A stretch of 64,000 nt of DNA. Source: Octopus sinensis (taxonomy: Eukaryota). Below the pieces are notes generated by a model that saw only the letters and a program-made list of their open reading frames with translations, did no database searches and was not told the origin of the DNA. Positions 1-13,864 of this stretch are shown here, in pieces. The position numbers and the translations under genes were made by a program. The stretch spans positions 2,418,001-2,482,000 of the forward strand of contig NC_043009.1 in assembly GCF_006345805.1 (NCBI RefSeq), written 5' to 3'. Within the stretch, counting starts at the first letter, position 1; every line of letters begins with the position of its first letter.

Positions 1-214
1 ATATATATTATATATATATATGTGTGTTTGAGATTAAATTTTTTTTTATCTGTATCGTTCAATACATCTCAACGCTTCTATATATATTTCGTGACGTCCT
101 GTGCCCACATATGCATATATATATGAACGTATAGATGTAAGTATGTATATATACGTATGTATATATGCATATATATATATATATTATATATAATATATTT
201 ATAATATCTTATAT

Positions 215-245
<31 letters not shown>

Positions 246-864
246 TATTTACATATTATATAATGAACGCCACGCATCCTCTCTTCCAATAAGTTTTATC
301 ATAATAATTCTGCGCATAATAATTCTGATGCGCACTCTATGCGATCTTCTTACTCTTTCGTTTTAATCTCTTTCTTTCTCTTATTCTTTTACTTCGTCTT
401 CTCCCACTAATCTATTCTGTTAGTCTCTCACTCTCTCTACCTCACTTCTCCTCCCACGTGACCATCTGCCATCTTCCTCTCTTTCCTAGCTTGTGTTTCT
501 TTCTCTCCGTTGTAGCTGGAACAAGGAAGACGTGTTCTTGTTTGTCTCCTGTCCAAGCTTGATTTGCGCGTTCGCCACCACAACCTAGTTTAGCCTTCGC
601 AGCCCTTCCTGCTTGTTTTCACTCTCCTGTTTGTGTTACCAATTTTGACCCACTGCAAAAATCCGAAATTTTATTTAATTTGTTTTATCGAAAGCGTATA
701 ATGTTGTTACATGCTCGAAATACGAGAATGGAAAAACAGCCAATAACTGATAAAGGATCGTTTAACTTGTCTGTTTTGTTTCCATTTGAGTCTTTCGATG
801 TTCGAAAGAATAGTTCATGTTCCATGTACTCGTGGTTCGTATTTTTTGTTGTACACATTTCACG

Positions 865-990
865 ACGTTGATAGAATTAGTACCAAACTTTAGAAAAGTC
901 AGTATGGGTATGTTTGCAATATATTCTACTAAACTTTACACTGCGGTATCCCAGCACGGCCGCACTTAACTCATTGAAGCAGGTATAAAA
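865..990 (+). mobile_element. Degenerate 3' tail of tRNA-derived SINE (family A)
   Basis: GATAGAATTAGTACC...GCGGTATCCCAGCACGGCCGCAC...GTATAAAAG resembles the tail of the full copy at 54824-55250 (GCGGTGCTCTAGCATGGCCACAG...GAAGTAAAAG). Confidence 0.4.
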
Positions 991-1023
991 GTTTTAAAAA
1001 TAATCTCACGACTTCAATCCAAA

Positions 1024-2256
1024 TGTGAGGGAGTACTCAAAAGAAATCATACTTTTGCAATATTATTTTTTTTACTTAATTTTACATGTTTACACTTTTA
1101 TCGCCGACGCGTTTTCCACTGTTCGAAGAAGTCCTGGAGCTCTTGTGAAGTGATCCATTGCAACGCCTCCGTCGTTTTTTTTTTTTTTTTGTTTTGTTCT
1201 TCCATATCTGCAAAACGCTTTCCATTAAAGACTTTATCATTCGGGGAAACAAAAAAGGGATCTTTTCGGTTTGAACGGCAGTTTTTACCATAATTTCTAG
1301 GTAAATAAAAATTTTAAAACTCTGTATGCTGGTAGAATGTGTTTATAAAACATCTTTTTCTGTTGGCTTTATTGAGAAAATTCTATAGTTTGTAAGATAT
1401 TTGTTTTTTTTCTTCAATTTCTGCAACTTCAACCAATCGGTGACGTCTATTGAGTTAAAAAGCATTCTGTGCCGTATGCATATATCCCTCGTTTAAGAAA
1501 CAGATTGAGTTTATTTACATTTGTGAAGAAAAAAAGATACCCTTCTCCCACCCCTAACCCTACCTAACCCTAACCAACCCGAAAAGATCTCCAAAAAGAA
1601 AAAAAAAAGTCGCTGTCCAAGATCAGGTCAATTGGGCTTGTGGGTACGCCGGGTCACTCATTCTCTCATGACTGTTTTTAGACTTCCGGGAGCAAACGAA
1701 GCACAAACTTTGCTACAATTATATTCATTCGCAATTCATCGGTCAAAACTCGTTTGCAGACGCTCCTGTACACACTACTCATATCAATAAGTTCCTCAAT
1801 TGTTCGGCGACAATACTCCGAGATCCCTTTATGCATTTTCGTGATGTTCTCATTCGTTCGAGGAATCGACGGTCTCCATGAACGAGGTTGGTCTTCAAGC
1901 GACAGATGACCGTTCCTATAGCATGGAAACGACTCGTAAACGTGTGCATTGCTCATAATAGTGTCCATGTAACCGGTTTGAATCATGACAACTCTTTCGG
2001 TAGCCGTTTTCCCCAGTAGAAAACAGAATTTCCCGAAAGCACATTGTTCCTTCCTTTCAACAATTGTAACAATCGGCGAACAGAGAAGAACTGCGAAACG
2101 AAGATGTACCACGTGGCAGTACGACCCCACAGAACGAGGCTGGTCGGTAGACTGATACTTCATGATTGCATCAAATGACGTCTAGCGGGGGGTGGGGACT
2201 AGAATGGGTTTGCACCACAGAGAACGTTTCTGATTACTTTTGGGTATCTCCTCGTA
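1024..2256 (-). mobile_element. Decayed, internally deleted mariner (Tc1/mariner) element
   Basis: Inverted termini TGTGAGGGAGTACTCAAAAGAAATCA (1024) and TGATTACTTTTGGGTATCTCCTCGTA (ends 2256). ORF 1678-2163(-) encodes a mariner HTH N-terminus (KFCFLLGKTATE...LSLEDQPRSWRPS...AKFVLRLL). Broken frames 3' of it give PDL...FLFPRM and KTTEALQWITSQELQDFFEQWKTR. The catalytic middle is missing. Confidence 0.88.
1257..1592. mobile_element. ~336-bp MITE-like insertion nested in the mariner
   Basis: Termini GGGATCTTTTCGGTTTG and CAACCCGAAAAGATCTCC are inverted repeats. Removing the segment rejoins mariner sequence in an A-tract. It contains CCCTAACCCTACCTAACCCTAACC near the right end. Confidence 0.65.
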
Positions 2257-2630
2257 AAGCAAGCGTGAGTTGCAATCGTATTTCTCTTTCTATTGACTGA
2301 ATCTACCCGCACAATCATATGTGAGTACATGCATAATTCTGTCTTTCGTGTAGTTCTCAACCGGATGGATGTGCTTGCTCCACATACCAGAAGTCCAATC
2401 TTTTCACAAAGTACGAACATATTATGGGAAAATAGAAGTACGTTTACCCGTTTACTGGTGCGATCCAAACATTTATCTCTCCTTTTATTTTCTCCGGCAA
2501 TTCAACGTTACAAAATATTCTGAATAATGCCACTTATATATTCATATAAAAGTTAACATCTCTACATACGCAGTCCAAAATACTTATCACGAGAACTTTG
2601 CTTCCCACACAGAAACATAACTTCTATTCA

Positions 2631-2675
<45 letters not shown>

Positions 2676-2679
2676 TATA

Positions 2680-2724
<45 letters not shown>

Positions 2725-3757
2725 ATATATATATGATATATAGATAATATATAATATATACATATATGTACGTATCTGTATGTGTGATAGTGATAATATA
2801 TATATATTATATTAATATATAATATATAAAGATATATATATACATATATATATATTTATATATCAAAACACAGGTTATATGTGTGTACATGCATGTGATT
2901 GTATTCCTACACCGATCGACAGAAATAGGCCCACATACGCAGTGTTATGTGAACAATTATGTGTAGACCCCGTTGTTCACCTACGCTCGCAATCGAGTGC
3001 CGTTCTTTCTCTACTCTCAATTGCATAACATTTCCTTCTTCTTCTGCTGATTTGTTCTGTCAATTATATTTGCTTAATGGAGGAGAAAACGTATAAGCTG
3101 TATACCATACTTTCCCATAGGTTTGCTAATATTGGTGTGAAAGTCAAAGTAAATACTTCCAACTACGTTATTATTATCATCGATGTTTGCGTATGACTGA
3201 CATATTGTTAAGCAAAATGTCAACGAGTTCGCATTCACGTCCTATGCACAAGCAAAATACTAATATTTTAATTGTGTATACGTACGGTTAAATTCTGAAT
3301 CTGAGAAATCTAATTATGGTCTGCTTCAGCAAGAATTCGTACATAGAAAGCTTGTTCTCTCTCCTCTCATTCGCCATATCAACAATAATGAATTTTATGA
3401 GCGTCTTTCCCTAACAATGTTTAACTAGCTGAAAGTGTAGAGATAGTAGAGAGCATTGGAAGAAGAGAGACTGATATATCTGCTATGCTTTTGTGTTGTA
3501 GGTAGGAGACAAAACGTACGAATTTAGAGACACAATGAAGTTTGTATAAGCGTTAGGCGATATACATGAATGGAAAGGAAATTGGTGATCTTATGGTTGC
3601 GGTGAATTTGTAATCTTCGATTTTCACTCGTTCTAGTCATTGGACTGCAGCCACGCTGGAACTCGGTCTTACAGTGTATCGTTCAAGAAATACAATTTTT
3701 CAAGCCTGGTACTTACATTAGTTCCTCTTACCGAATAGCGACACATGCAACTACACA

Positions 3758-3919
<162 letters not shown>

Positions 3920-4037
3920 AATTGTGTGTGTGTGTAATACAATTTTTGGGAATCTTCAGGTTTTTCAGTATGCTAGGCCACTGGTTCTAGATTGATATTA
4001 ATCAAATTAATATTCAATTTTCACCCTTATTATTTAA

Positions 4038-4077
<40 letters not shown>

Positions 4078-4080
<3 letters not shown>

Positions 4081-4476
4081 TCATCATCATCGTTCGTCGT
4101 CGTTTAACGTTCACTTTCCATGCTAGCATGGGTTGGACGATTTGACTGAGGTCTGGCGAATCAGATGTCTGCACCAGACTCCAATCTGATCTGGCAGAGT
4201 TTCTACAGCTCGTTGCCCTTCCAAATGCCAACCACTCCGAGAGTGTAGTGGGTGATTTTACGTGCCACCGAAAAGAGGGCCAGTCAGGCGGTACTAGCTA
4301 CGGCTACGCTCAAATGGTGCTTTTTATGTGCCACCTGCACAAGAGCCAGTCCAGCGGCACCGGAAACGATCTCGATCGAATGTTTTTTCACGTGCCACCA
4401 GCAAAAGTCCCAATAAGGCGACGCAGGTAACGATCACGCTCGAATGGTGCTTTTTACGTGCCACCGGCACGGAGGC
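4078..4476 (-). mobile_element. 3' end of an RTE-type LINE or RTE-tailed SINE with (GAT)n tail and internal subrepeats
   Basis: (TCA)n followed by CGTTTAACGTTCACTTTCCATGCTAGCATGGGTTGGACG, a GCCCTTCCAAATGCCAACC motif and four imperfect TTTTACGTGCCACC repeats. The family assignment is from memory of RTE-like 3' ends. Confidence 0.55.
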
Positions 4477-5311
4477 TATATATGTATGCATGTATGTATT
4501 TATTTATTTTAGAACACGTATTTGGTCGCAAAGTAATCATGTTAACCTCGCGATCATACCTGCACTTAGATTATTATATGAGTCTCAACGTCACAAATCA
4601 CTGTAACACATTTTACTGAACCGCCTGGATTCGTCTGACTATACCCTAAAAGGAGGCATAACTAGGAAAAGCGCTGTGCAATGATTTAAACACGTAAACA
4701 TAAGCGAGAAACGTCAAAGACCTCCCGACATATTTGAACCCTTGTTTTCTTCATGGAAACCGACTTTGTTTAGGAGTATAGTAGAATGAAATAGCAGCCT
4801 CTCACGCAAAGTTTTGCCTTTCTATGGTAATGCCTGACGCTAATGAGGAAAACAAATGGAATTGAACTTCATTGTCTTTGAATATAAATATAAATATATA
4901 TCAGCGATGCTAAGAGATGAAGATGAAGTTTATTAGTTGTGAATCGAACATGATTAGCTGAGTCAGTTTTATAACATCTTACTAATGATCGTACATCATT
5001 TATACCAGAAGAAATGTATATTCGGTTTAAATAGTTTCTAGTGTTACACACTAGAAAGTGCTTGTAGTCATACGATAGGAGGAGATCGATACTGTTTAGA
5101 TTTAGTTTAGAACCAGGAGAAACAAACCCAACGAGAAACAGTAACGTGGAGAGATATCTTTCTTTCTATGGAGTCTCCATATCATTAGCAGCTAAAATAT
5201 TATTAATGAATATGGAAGGAGGAGGTCAATAAAATAAATATCAAGCATGTAATGTTATCTATTTAACAATTATATCTCTCCTGACTAATTTGTGGCAAAA
5301 TAGGAGTCTAT

Positions 5312-5340
5312 CATTATTATCATCATCATTATTATTATTA

Positions 5341-5399
<59 letters not shown>

Positions 5400-5670
5400 G
5401 TAGTAGTAGTAGTAGTAGTAGTAGTATTTGTAGCATTTGTAGTATTCAATAGTTTTATTTTTATAAGGTGCTTTCACTTCACTACCGAGCGCAGCTCAGT
5501 GTGCCTTGGGTATGAGCTGTGATTTGTTGTGATCCTCTGATGGAACTGGCAGAATCGTTAAATCATTGAACAAACAAGTGTTGGGTATTTTCTCCAGCTG
5601 TTATCTCTTTATGTCCTATAGAGGTAAGTCTTTGTATTGGATTCTTCCATTGTCGAGCGAAGAAAGTAAC
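5312..5670 (-). mobile_element. 3' remnant of an R4/Dong-like LINE ending in a (TAA)n/(CTA)n array
   Basis: The minus strand has a short degenerate frame (KEITAGENTQHLFVQ*) reminiscent of the post-RT region. It is fused to a 3'UTR-like segment (CACAACAAATCACAGC...GCGCTCGGTAGTGAAGTGAAAGCAC...AAAATAAAACT) and then (TAC)n(TAA)n. Confidence 0.45.
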
Positions 5671-6636
5671 AATGAAGTGCACGAGTTCATTTCATTTATC
5701 CACTCTTTAAGGGGTCAATATTTTTTCAAATAATATTATTCTTTTAAAACGTATCACCTTTAAGTTGTTGCAACGATGGTACCAGCAACTCTCTCTCACA
5801 AATTCCCCTGATGCTCCGCTTGAAAATATTGCCACCGATGCACTAACAAAAGCAGTAGATCATTTCTTTACATCTCCGGTTCAATATTCACCCAGATAAA
5901 TTTCGTTTTATTTTCTATTTCAGTCAAAAGAATAAGCACCAGCTAAATCGTGCAGTCGCTACAACAACCGGCTTTACAAATTCAACAAATCCGGAGCCTT
6001 GAATGAGCTTAACAAGTGACGCCAATACGTAACTTTCTATATACTGTATAAATTAAAATTGATAGAAATGTATGAGTGTATTTGGTTTAAACAAAACACG
6101 CATACTATATTTCCAGCCTGGCTGATCTCCGCTTAAGTCCCATTGCATTTGCGGGCCAAAAGTATATTTAATCGTACACAGAGCTCATGGAATAGATGCC
6201 GGCGGTACAATAAGACACATAGAATCAAGTGCACCCACTATCCTCATAAAATAGGCATTAATACTAGCCAAATGAAACTGTTATTAGTCATGGACATTTC
6301 GTCAGTTAAATTTGCTTTTTACACGTTTGCAAATGCCTAATCAGAAAGTATACATGCGCAATATGCTATCCTCTACTGAATATACTTACAATTGTCTTTT
6401 GTTGCCCGGCTTTTAAATAGATATTTTATACATTTCTTTCAATTCTCTGATGGGGTTATCAAAGTTGCATGGATCTTAGTCAGGATCCAAACAATGAGGT
6501 GTGAGTAGTTTATTTATTCGTGCAGCGTGTTTATATCAATATGAATTTCCCCGCATTTATATTTACGAGTGTGTACATACATACACACACACACACATAT
6601 AACTGTACGTACGGACACACACACACACACACACAC

Positions 6637-6672
<36 letters not shown>

Positions 6673-9600
6673 TATACAAATATATAGATAGACGTACATA
6701 TAAATATACATGTATGTATGTATGTATATGTATACATCTGTCCAAGCGTGTATAATAGTACAAATATAGAAATGCATATATTGTTGCGAAAAGAAACGTA
6801 TCGATATATCGTATGATATTTTATAACCATAGTATCTCCCGAGTATCCTAGCAGAATCATTTCAATTGCTGATCCAAATATATAAGTCCCACTTCATGTA
6901 TTCGCTTTCTTTATCCTTCAGTCCCTATAGTCTCATGTATTTTATGGAAAATGATCATATTAGTCTATTTTATGAGAATTTTACACGAACATTCATTTTC
7001 AATTTTCAATGTCAGTTCAATTTTGTTATTGGCAATAGAAAAATAGCATCCTCATGTTATTGTAATGAGAAGCCACGGTTGTGCTTGTGCACATGTGTAT
7101 GTGCATATACGTGCCAATATACACACATATATATGTATATACATATATATATATATATATAATTATATATACATATCTATATATACATATATATACATAT
7201 ATACATGTATATACATATACATGTATATATATTATATATAGGCAACTAAATTCATGCATATGTGTATGCATGTGTATAAACATGTGTGAGTTTATATGAA
7301 CACATAAACGCACACACATTTCTAGATGATAGAGTGTATTATGTTAGTGTGTTTTTTTTGATTGCGTATGCATATGTTAGTACATATTTATGCAATAATA
7401 CATTTTGTGTCTGCACACATATACACGCACATACTTATATATACATATACATACATACTCCACACACACACATATATATTTACGTATATGTCTATATATA
7501 TACATATATATGTATATATATGTATATATATATATATATATAAATATGTATATATATATGTATATATATATATGTATATATATATACATATATGTATATG
7601 TATATCTATCTAGCTATCTCTCTCTATATATATGTCTCTCTTTCTATATATATATATATATATAAATTATATATTAGATATATGTTCTTTATTTTCATCA
7701 GATATCATCCTACCCAGCAGTCAAATGCAGACATATTGACAAACACACGCACACACATATATATACATACATTCATATGCGTCTACATGCCTGTGTATTT
7801 GTCTGTACGTTTGTGTATAGCTGAATATAAAAAACAAAAAACCGATTGCTGCATATCTATATCTGTTTCATTGTTAAGGAGGTTTTATATTTTATTCTCT
7901 GAAACACAATAAACGTGTGTTGCCTATTTCAAGGAACAAATATAACACAATGGAAATATGACTTCAGTTTTACTATTAACCTGTCTCTCATTATTTATAT
8001 CCTCAAACTACCCGTTAACTTACGAGCCAACAGGGGAGTTACTCAGCTCTTGGATCGAGATGCAGAGATTAGCAGCTATATCTCTATTCAATACCCTGCT
8101 AAGTTATAAAATGGAAGGCACCTTCTATACACAGATCTAGTTAAACACAAAATTTCAAGGCGAAGATTGAATCCGGGTTCCCTGAATTGAATAACACACT
8201 TTGCAATATGTTCTTTTTTCCAGTCGCATATAGCGGCGACACATTATGACAAGTTTCTCTTCCGTTTGTGGATTCCATAAGTAGCATATGTTATCTTTCT
8301 TGCATTCTAAATTGCTCGCGTATTAAACAACAAATATCTTCGTTTTCTGAATCATACACTTGTTGATGTTGATAAATGCAAATACTTCATTATTATTTTC
8401 GATATATTGCGATGACAATTAAGATTACGCCGAAGTGTCAGTATGTATCACTACAACCAGCCAGCAAATATACGTTACACAAAACGAAACGACATTTTTT
8501 TCCAAATATTTTAAGCACTCATATATATAGTCTATAAGTATATAAATTTTGTCTTCCATGCCATACATAGTATGACAGTGTTTATCTTAAATCTTACCAA
8601 TATTTGTATATTTTAATATCATTATTTACAAGTTGGACACGTTTACTTTGATAACATATGGAGAGGCTACCGTCTTTGGAATAAACGTGTGATAAGAGGT
8701 CAGAAACGCATTTGAGTTTGGTTCATGTATTTGTTGACAATAATCATATATCGTGCATTATCTAACACATTGGTTCTCTTCCATTTTTACGTAGGGGTTC
8801 TTTTGGTTCATATTTTACTTTGAAAGGCCCTCACTACAGTTCCATGTTTAAAAAACCGTATTATATTTTTTGATTATATAATATTAAGAGGTTTTATAAG
8901 AAAATTGTTAAAATTCTTTGTGAATTGTAGAGGTTTAACCGATTTATGGCCCATATTTTTTTTATGTCCTTGTATGTTGGATATATAATACATCGAAGCA
9001 TTACTATTTCTATTACTATTACACGAGACTCAACACTGTATATCAAATGCTCAAGTTGACTGCCTCCATCACGAACTGCCAATCATAACAGTTCTTTATT
9101 TTATACCAGGGAGTCAATCCACCTTTAGTCACTGGTTGAGGGGGCGAATCCTTCCACAACAAAGTTTTAAAACCAAAATCTTATATGGAGCCCTAATGGT
9201 CATATGGACCCTGCTTGGAAACCATTGGTCTAATATATATTTTCTTTAACTAAGTTATATGAATATACTTTGATTATTAACCGCATAATTTACATTCAGA
9301 TATCGGAGATTGAGCAGGTTTGTTAGAAGATCAGTTTGAATGTATTTCTCCCAGTCTCTGCGCTCGGAATTCTAAATTACACATGGGTCATCATTTATAT
9401 TTTCCTCTTCGGAGTCAATAAATAAATGCGTCTTACACGTCTGTTTTTTTCTTCATCTATATCTTTCCTCAGTGTTTTCTTCCGAATGACTGAAGACAAA
9501 CAATCAGTGATATCTGTCACGCAAAGTGATGGAATTTTCCGGGTTTAAGACGGTCAGCACAACAAGTAGTATTAAAAAAACGGCTTCATCTATAATGAAT

Positions 9601-9829
9601 AAAAAATCTGTTGCTGCTGTTGCTGCTGCTACTGTTGCTGCTGCTACTGTTGCTGCTGATAGGGAACCTGTAAACCAGAGTAACTCTGAACTAAGATTGA
9701 AAATATTCCTACAGAAAACATGACAAATATGTTTATAATTTGACTAAATACGGTAACAGATATTTTGAGAAAAATATGTAGCATTTGTTGCTATTAAATC
9801 GACTAAACAGATAGATAACTATCTAGCGA

Positions 9830-9963
9830 AGTATCTATCTATCCATCCATCCATCCATCTATCTATATCTATTTGTCTATTCATCCCGCCCTCCATCTAT
9901 CTATCTATCTGTCTATTCATCCCTCCTTCCATCTATCTATATGTCTATTCATCCCTCCCTCCC

Positions 9964-10046
<83 letters not shown>
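9830..10046. repeat. (TCTA)n/(TCCA)n tetranucleotide microsatellite
   Basis: Direct inspection. It explains the LSIY-repeat ORF 9873-10190. Confidence 0.95.
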
Positions 10047-10047
<1 letters not shown>

Positions 10048-10480
10048 ACAAACTTTCAAGCAAGCACACACACACATACACACATACACACACACACCTA
10101 CAAATATCTATAAATATGAATGTGTGCTCCCACTTTTGCCCCATGATTCTAATTATCAAGAAAAAGGAGCTCAATATAAAGCAAATTTAATTCTAAGAAC
10201 GTATATACTTTTCTCTCCGCACTCTTAAAACATACATACATATACATATATATGTATATATATATATACATATATATATATACATACATATATATGTATA
10301 CATATATATATACATATATATATATACATATATATGTATATATACACACACATATATATATATATATACACACACACACACCACACATATATATACACAC
10401 ACATATATATATATATACACATACACACACATACACACACACACACACATATATATATACACACACACACATATATATAT

Positions 10481-10515
<35 letters not shown>

Positions 10516-11514
10516 CATACTATGTAATACATAAAATTGAACGCATTAAACTCTAAGAAAGCTCCACCTGCTGCGTATCCCTATGAAACTGTTGCATACG
10601 CATGACTTTCAGGTTTTAGTGCAGTTGCAAGAGTACAGTTACAATTACTGCACCAAAATCGAACAATGTTTTCATCCAGTGGCGCATCGCCGACCAGCAC
10701 CAACATAGTCCCCCCCCCCCCACCACACCACCACCAATAACAACGACACCCCCTCCACCACCACTGCCTGGAGTTAGAGAAGCAGCAGTATTGTCTTTAT
10801 CATATCGATAACCGCCATGATCAAGCATCATCATCGACACCATGAAGAGAACATTGTTATTATAATTCCTCACCGCCTTTATCGACTTCTAACTAACCTT
10901 ATCACCATTTGTAATCTATATATATTCCTTATTAGGAAATAAACGAAATGACAGCATCAAGAACAACAACAACAACAGCAACAACAATATCAGATTGCTC
11001 GGGGCTTAGTATACATTCTATTTTCGTTGAGTTTTTTTTTTCCATTCTTAGCATCCCGCTATTATGCTACCTGCTGTTAGGTCACCTGAGTTTAGAGAAC
11101 TACATATGGTAGTGTTTGTGTCACATAATATAGAAGATAAGCATAATATTATTGTATATATTTGATAATACACATCAGAATACACATAAATACCCATGAT
11201 ATTCACTCGGGCTATTATTTAGTAACATACACAAACAAATGAAATAGAAAAAAAGAAGGAACAATACTTCAAATAAAAATATCGGTACAAAATATGTTTT
11301 CTGTTCGCTGGCAGCCATTCCATTCTAATCATTTCTTGTGTGTCTCTTTTCATTCTCATATTACATTTTCTCTACCTTCCTTCTCTCCAGTCTATTTCGT
11401 CTTTTATTTTAAAATTATTTCCTCTGTAGACTACTTGCTTAATTATATTACGTCTGATTTGTCCCTTAGCTCAAACCTATACGTTGCCATATATACAAAC
11501 ACACATACTCACCC

Positions 11515-11520
11515 ATCTAC

Positions 11521-11580
<60 letters not shown>

Positions 11581-11637
11581 ATCTATCTATCTATCTATCT
11601 ATCTATCTACCTATCTACCTATCTATCTATCTAGCTA

Positions 11638-11695
<58 letters not shown>
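11515..11695. repeat. (TCTA)n microsatellite
   Basis: Direct inspection. It explains ORFs 11294-11713 and 11484-11705. Confidence 0.95.
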
Positions 11696-11775
11696 GTGTA
11701 CATAAAGAAGTAATATACTATTGTATATATATATATATATACATGTAAATATATGCAAGTTTTTATTATATTTTA

Positions 11776-11827
<52 letters not shown>

Positions 11828-13170
11828 TGTGTGTGTTTGTATGTATGTATATGAGTATTATATTATATGAGGGGTTTAGTTCACTGGAGGGCTAAATGAA
11901 TAGGTATGCTGTGTAAGTGCTATCGTTGGTCATCCGTTTGATTCCAAGTTCACAGCTGAAGCTGGTGCTAAGGATCCGCAGTAGGTTTCCGGCTTAGCAG
12001 GGTTTATATTAGAAGAAAGAAGTCAACAAAAAACAAGGGAGGACGAGTATTTCAAATTGCGTAGAATATTTAATTAGAGTATGGTGAATTTGAGGTAATT
12101 AATTAATTAGTTGAATAATTAATGAATTACTTAATTACACTACAGGCTATTGATGCTGTATATGCGAATTGCAGAATGGGAAAAAAAGACGAACTTCAAG
12201 TGTGTTTTAGAGAATATTTTCTAAAAGTTATTTTTGAGCCACGTGGATATTTTGGCGAATAATCTTCACGTCAGCCACTGTTGAACTAAAGACTATTATT
12301 TGTTTACCAAGAATTTAAGGAGCAATACTTCTGATCAAATTAGTTTGTATACAAATGGAATTATAAATAAACAAAGGCATGAAATATGCACCTTATACAT
12401 ACACGTGAAACAATTAGTCGAAGAAAACTACATATCTACCTACGGGTGTTTTGCCGGGGTAAAGCCAAAATTCTGAACGTTTAATTGGATGCCAGGTCTC
12501 TAAAATGGTGCGCCCTTTTGAAAGGCACAAAATCCTTATCTAAATAACATTTTATTCATAATAGTTTAAATCATTATTCCCTATAGAATTTTAAAGATCT
12601 CATCAGTTTCGCATAGCTCATCAATGCATCAAACAAATATATGTTATACCGGATTTCACATTTTACGTGCAATATATGAATATATCATCCGATACTTCAC
12701 AAATATGCTTCGGGTAACACGGTGCAAAATAATGCTTATATATATCGTCATACAAATTACTTAAATATCCGGATCAATGCACGTGAAGTGATATGATATA
12801 GTTCAGAAATTCGGAAATAATGATTTCATCACTCAAGGCATTGATCTTTTGTGACCTATGTCAAAGCGTTAGAAAAAGCATGCCATAATGTCCGTAATTT
12901 CATTCTGATTATAAAATCAGGAATTTCTAGAAAGGGTTGCGTACTAATGAGTGTGAGAATACTATTCCTTGCGACTAAATATAAAAACCTAAAGCAGAAA
13001 GTGAAATAGTGTATTAAAAAGAAATTCGACATATATGTTACAAAAATTGCAGATCTCTGTTTTAATTAACACGAATACATATTTTCCTTCTCAACAAACA
13101 AAACAAAAGACGAAGACTGTGTGTAAACAACAATCAGATGTATTAGTTTAACACTCGGGAAGTGAGAAAG

Positions 13171-13208
13171 TCGTTTACGTTTCGAGCCTACGCTCTTCAA
13201 CAGAAAGA
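13171..13208 (-). ncRNA. Minimal type-I hammerhead-like motif, core variant CUGUUGA
   Basis: Minus strand UCUUU-CUGUUGA-A-GAGC(GUAG)GCUC-GAA-ACGU-A-AACGA. Stem II is 4/4 bp, stem III is the palindrome ACGU, the triplet is GUA and stem I is 4/5 bp. Position 6 is U instead of A. Confidence 0.45.
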
Positions 13209-13249
13209 AACACAGAAATAAACAGAGAGAGAAAATATAAAAGGATTTA

Positions 13250-13515
13250 GTGGCTAGGGAGCGATGGACTCACCCGCCGAACAATTTGCATAAATGATTT
13301 GTTTATTTCGATCAAAGATATGTGCTGTATATAAGCTGACTCCCTCTACCAAATCGATGTTGCCTGAACAAATGGAAGGTGTATCGCGCGTTAGGTGTTG
13401 AAGTGGTCGCAGAGCAATGTGAAATGAATTGTTACGCTCAAGACCACATCGTACCATCCAGGCTAGGATTGAAATTACGATCTCGCAATCTTGACTGCCA
13501 ACAACCTAAACACTA
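13250..13515 (-). mobile_element. Old degenerate tRNA-derived SINE
   Basis: CAATGTGAAATGAATTGTT...CCAGGCTAGGATTGAAATTACGATCTCGC...ACCTAAACACTAGTCATGC is a decayed version of the SINE heads at 26120-26233 and 27770-27883. Confidence 0.4.
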
Positions 13516-13550
13516 GTCATGCAAACTTATATATATATATATATTATATA

Positions 13551-13588
<38 letters not shown>

Positions 13589-13790
13589 TGTGTGTGTGTG
13601 TGTGTGGTGTGTGTGTTGTGTGCGTGTGTGTGTGTGTATTATTGTGTCTGGGGAGAGTCATTCTCTTTTAGTGCCTTATTAATTAACACATCGTTTCGAT
13701 GGTGTTATTTTTTCTAAAATTTTCGTTGCTCTTACAACGTCTTCAATGGTCGTTGACTCTGTCCGTTATCGGAACTCCGTTCTATATTAT

Positions 13791-13828
<38 letters not shown>

Positions 13829-13831
13829 GAT

Positions 13832-13864
<33 letters not shown>

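Noticed and set aside
263-657. Pyrimidine-rich segment starting TG and ending CA, possible solo LTR
   Set aside because: No second LTR, TSD, PBS or internal sequence visible.
1551-1580. CCCTAA telomere-like repeats as a chromosome end or telomere-healing site
   Set aside because: Only about four imperfect units, lying inside a MITE-like insertion.
5924-6002. Strong acceptor followed by QKNKHQLNRAVATTTGFTNSTNPEP*
   Set aside because: No recognisable homology or partner exon; acceptor-like tracts are common in this composition.
6514-7665. Overlapping YI/CV/HT-rich ORFs (also at 10.1-10.5, 19.2-19.9, 34.7-35.3, 43.5-45.5, 53.7-54.2, 57.0-57.5 and 58-59.6 kb)
   Set aside because: Translations of (TA)n, (CA)n and (TACA)n microsatellites.
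9526-9723. 65-aa ORF with an AAVAAAT repeat
   Set aside because: Driven by a degenerate (GCT)n tract; no domain or splice support.
10620-10811. Pro-rich open frame CSCKSTVTITAPKSNN...PPPPLPGVREAAVLSLSYR* after a TTTTAG
   Set aside because: Low-complexity CCA/ACC repeats keep several frames open; no homology recognised.
12596-12630. Minus-strand UUGAUGA-GC(UAU)GC-GAAAC hammerhead-like fragment
   Set aside because: C3 is altered, and there is no stem III or stem I partner.
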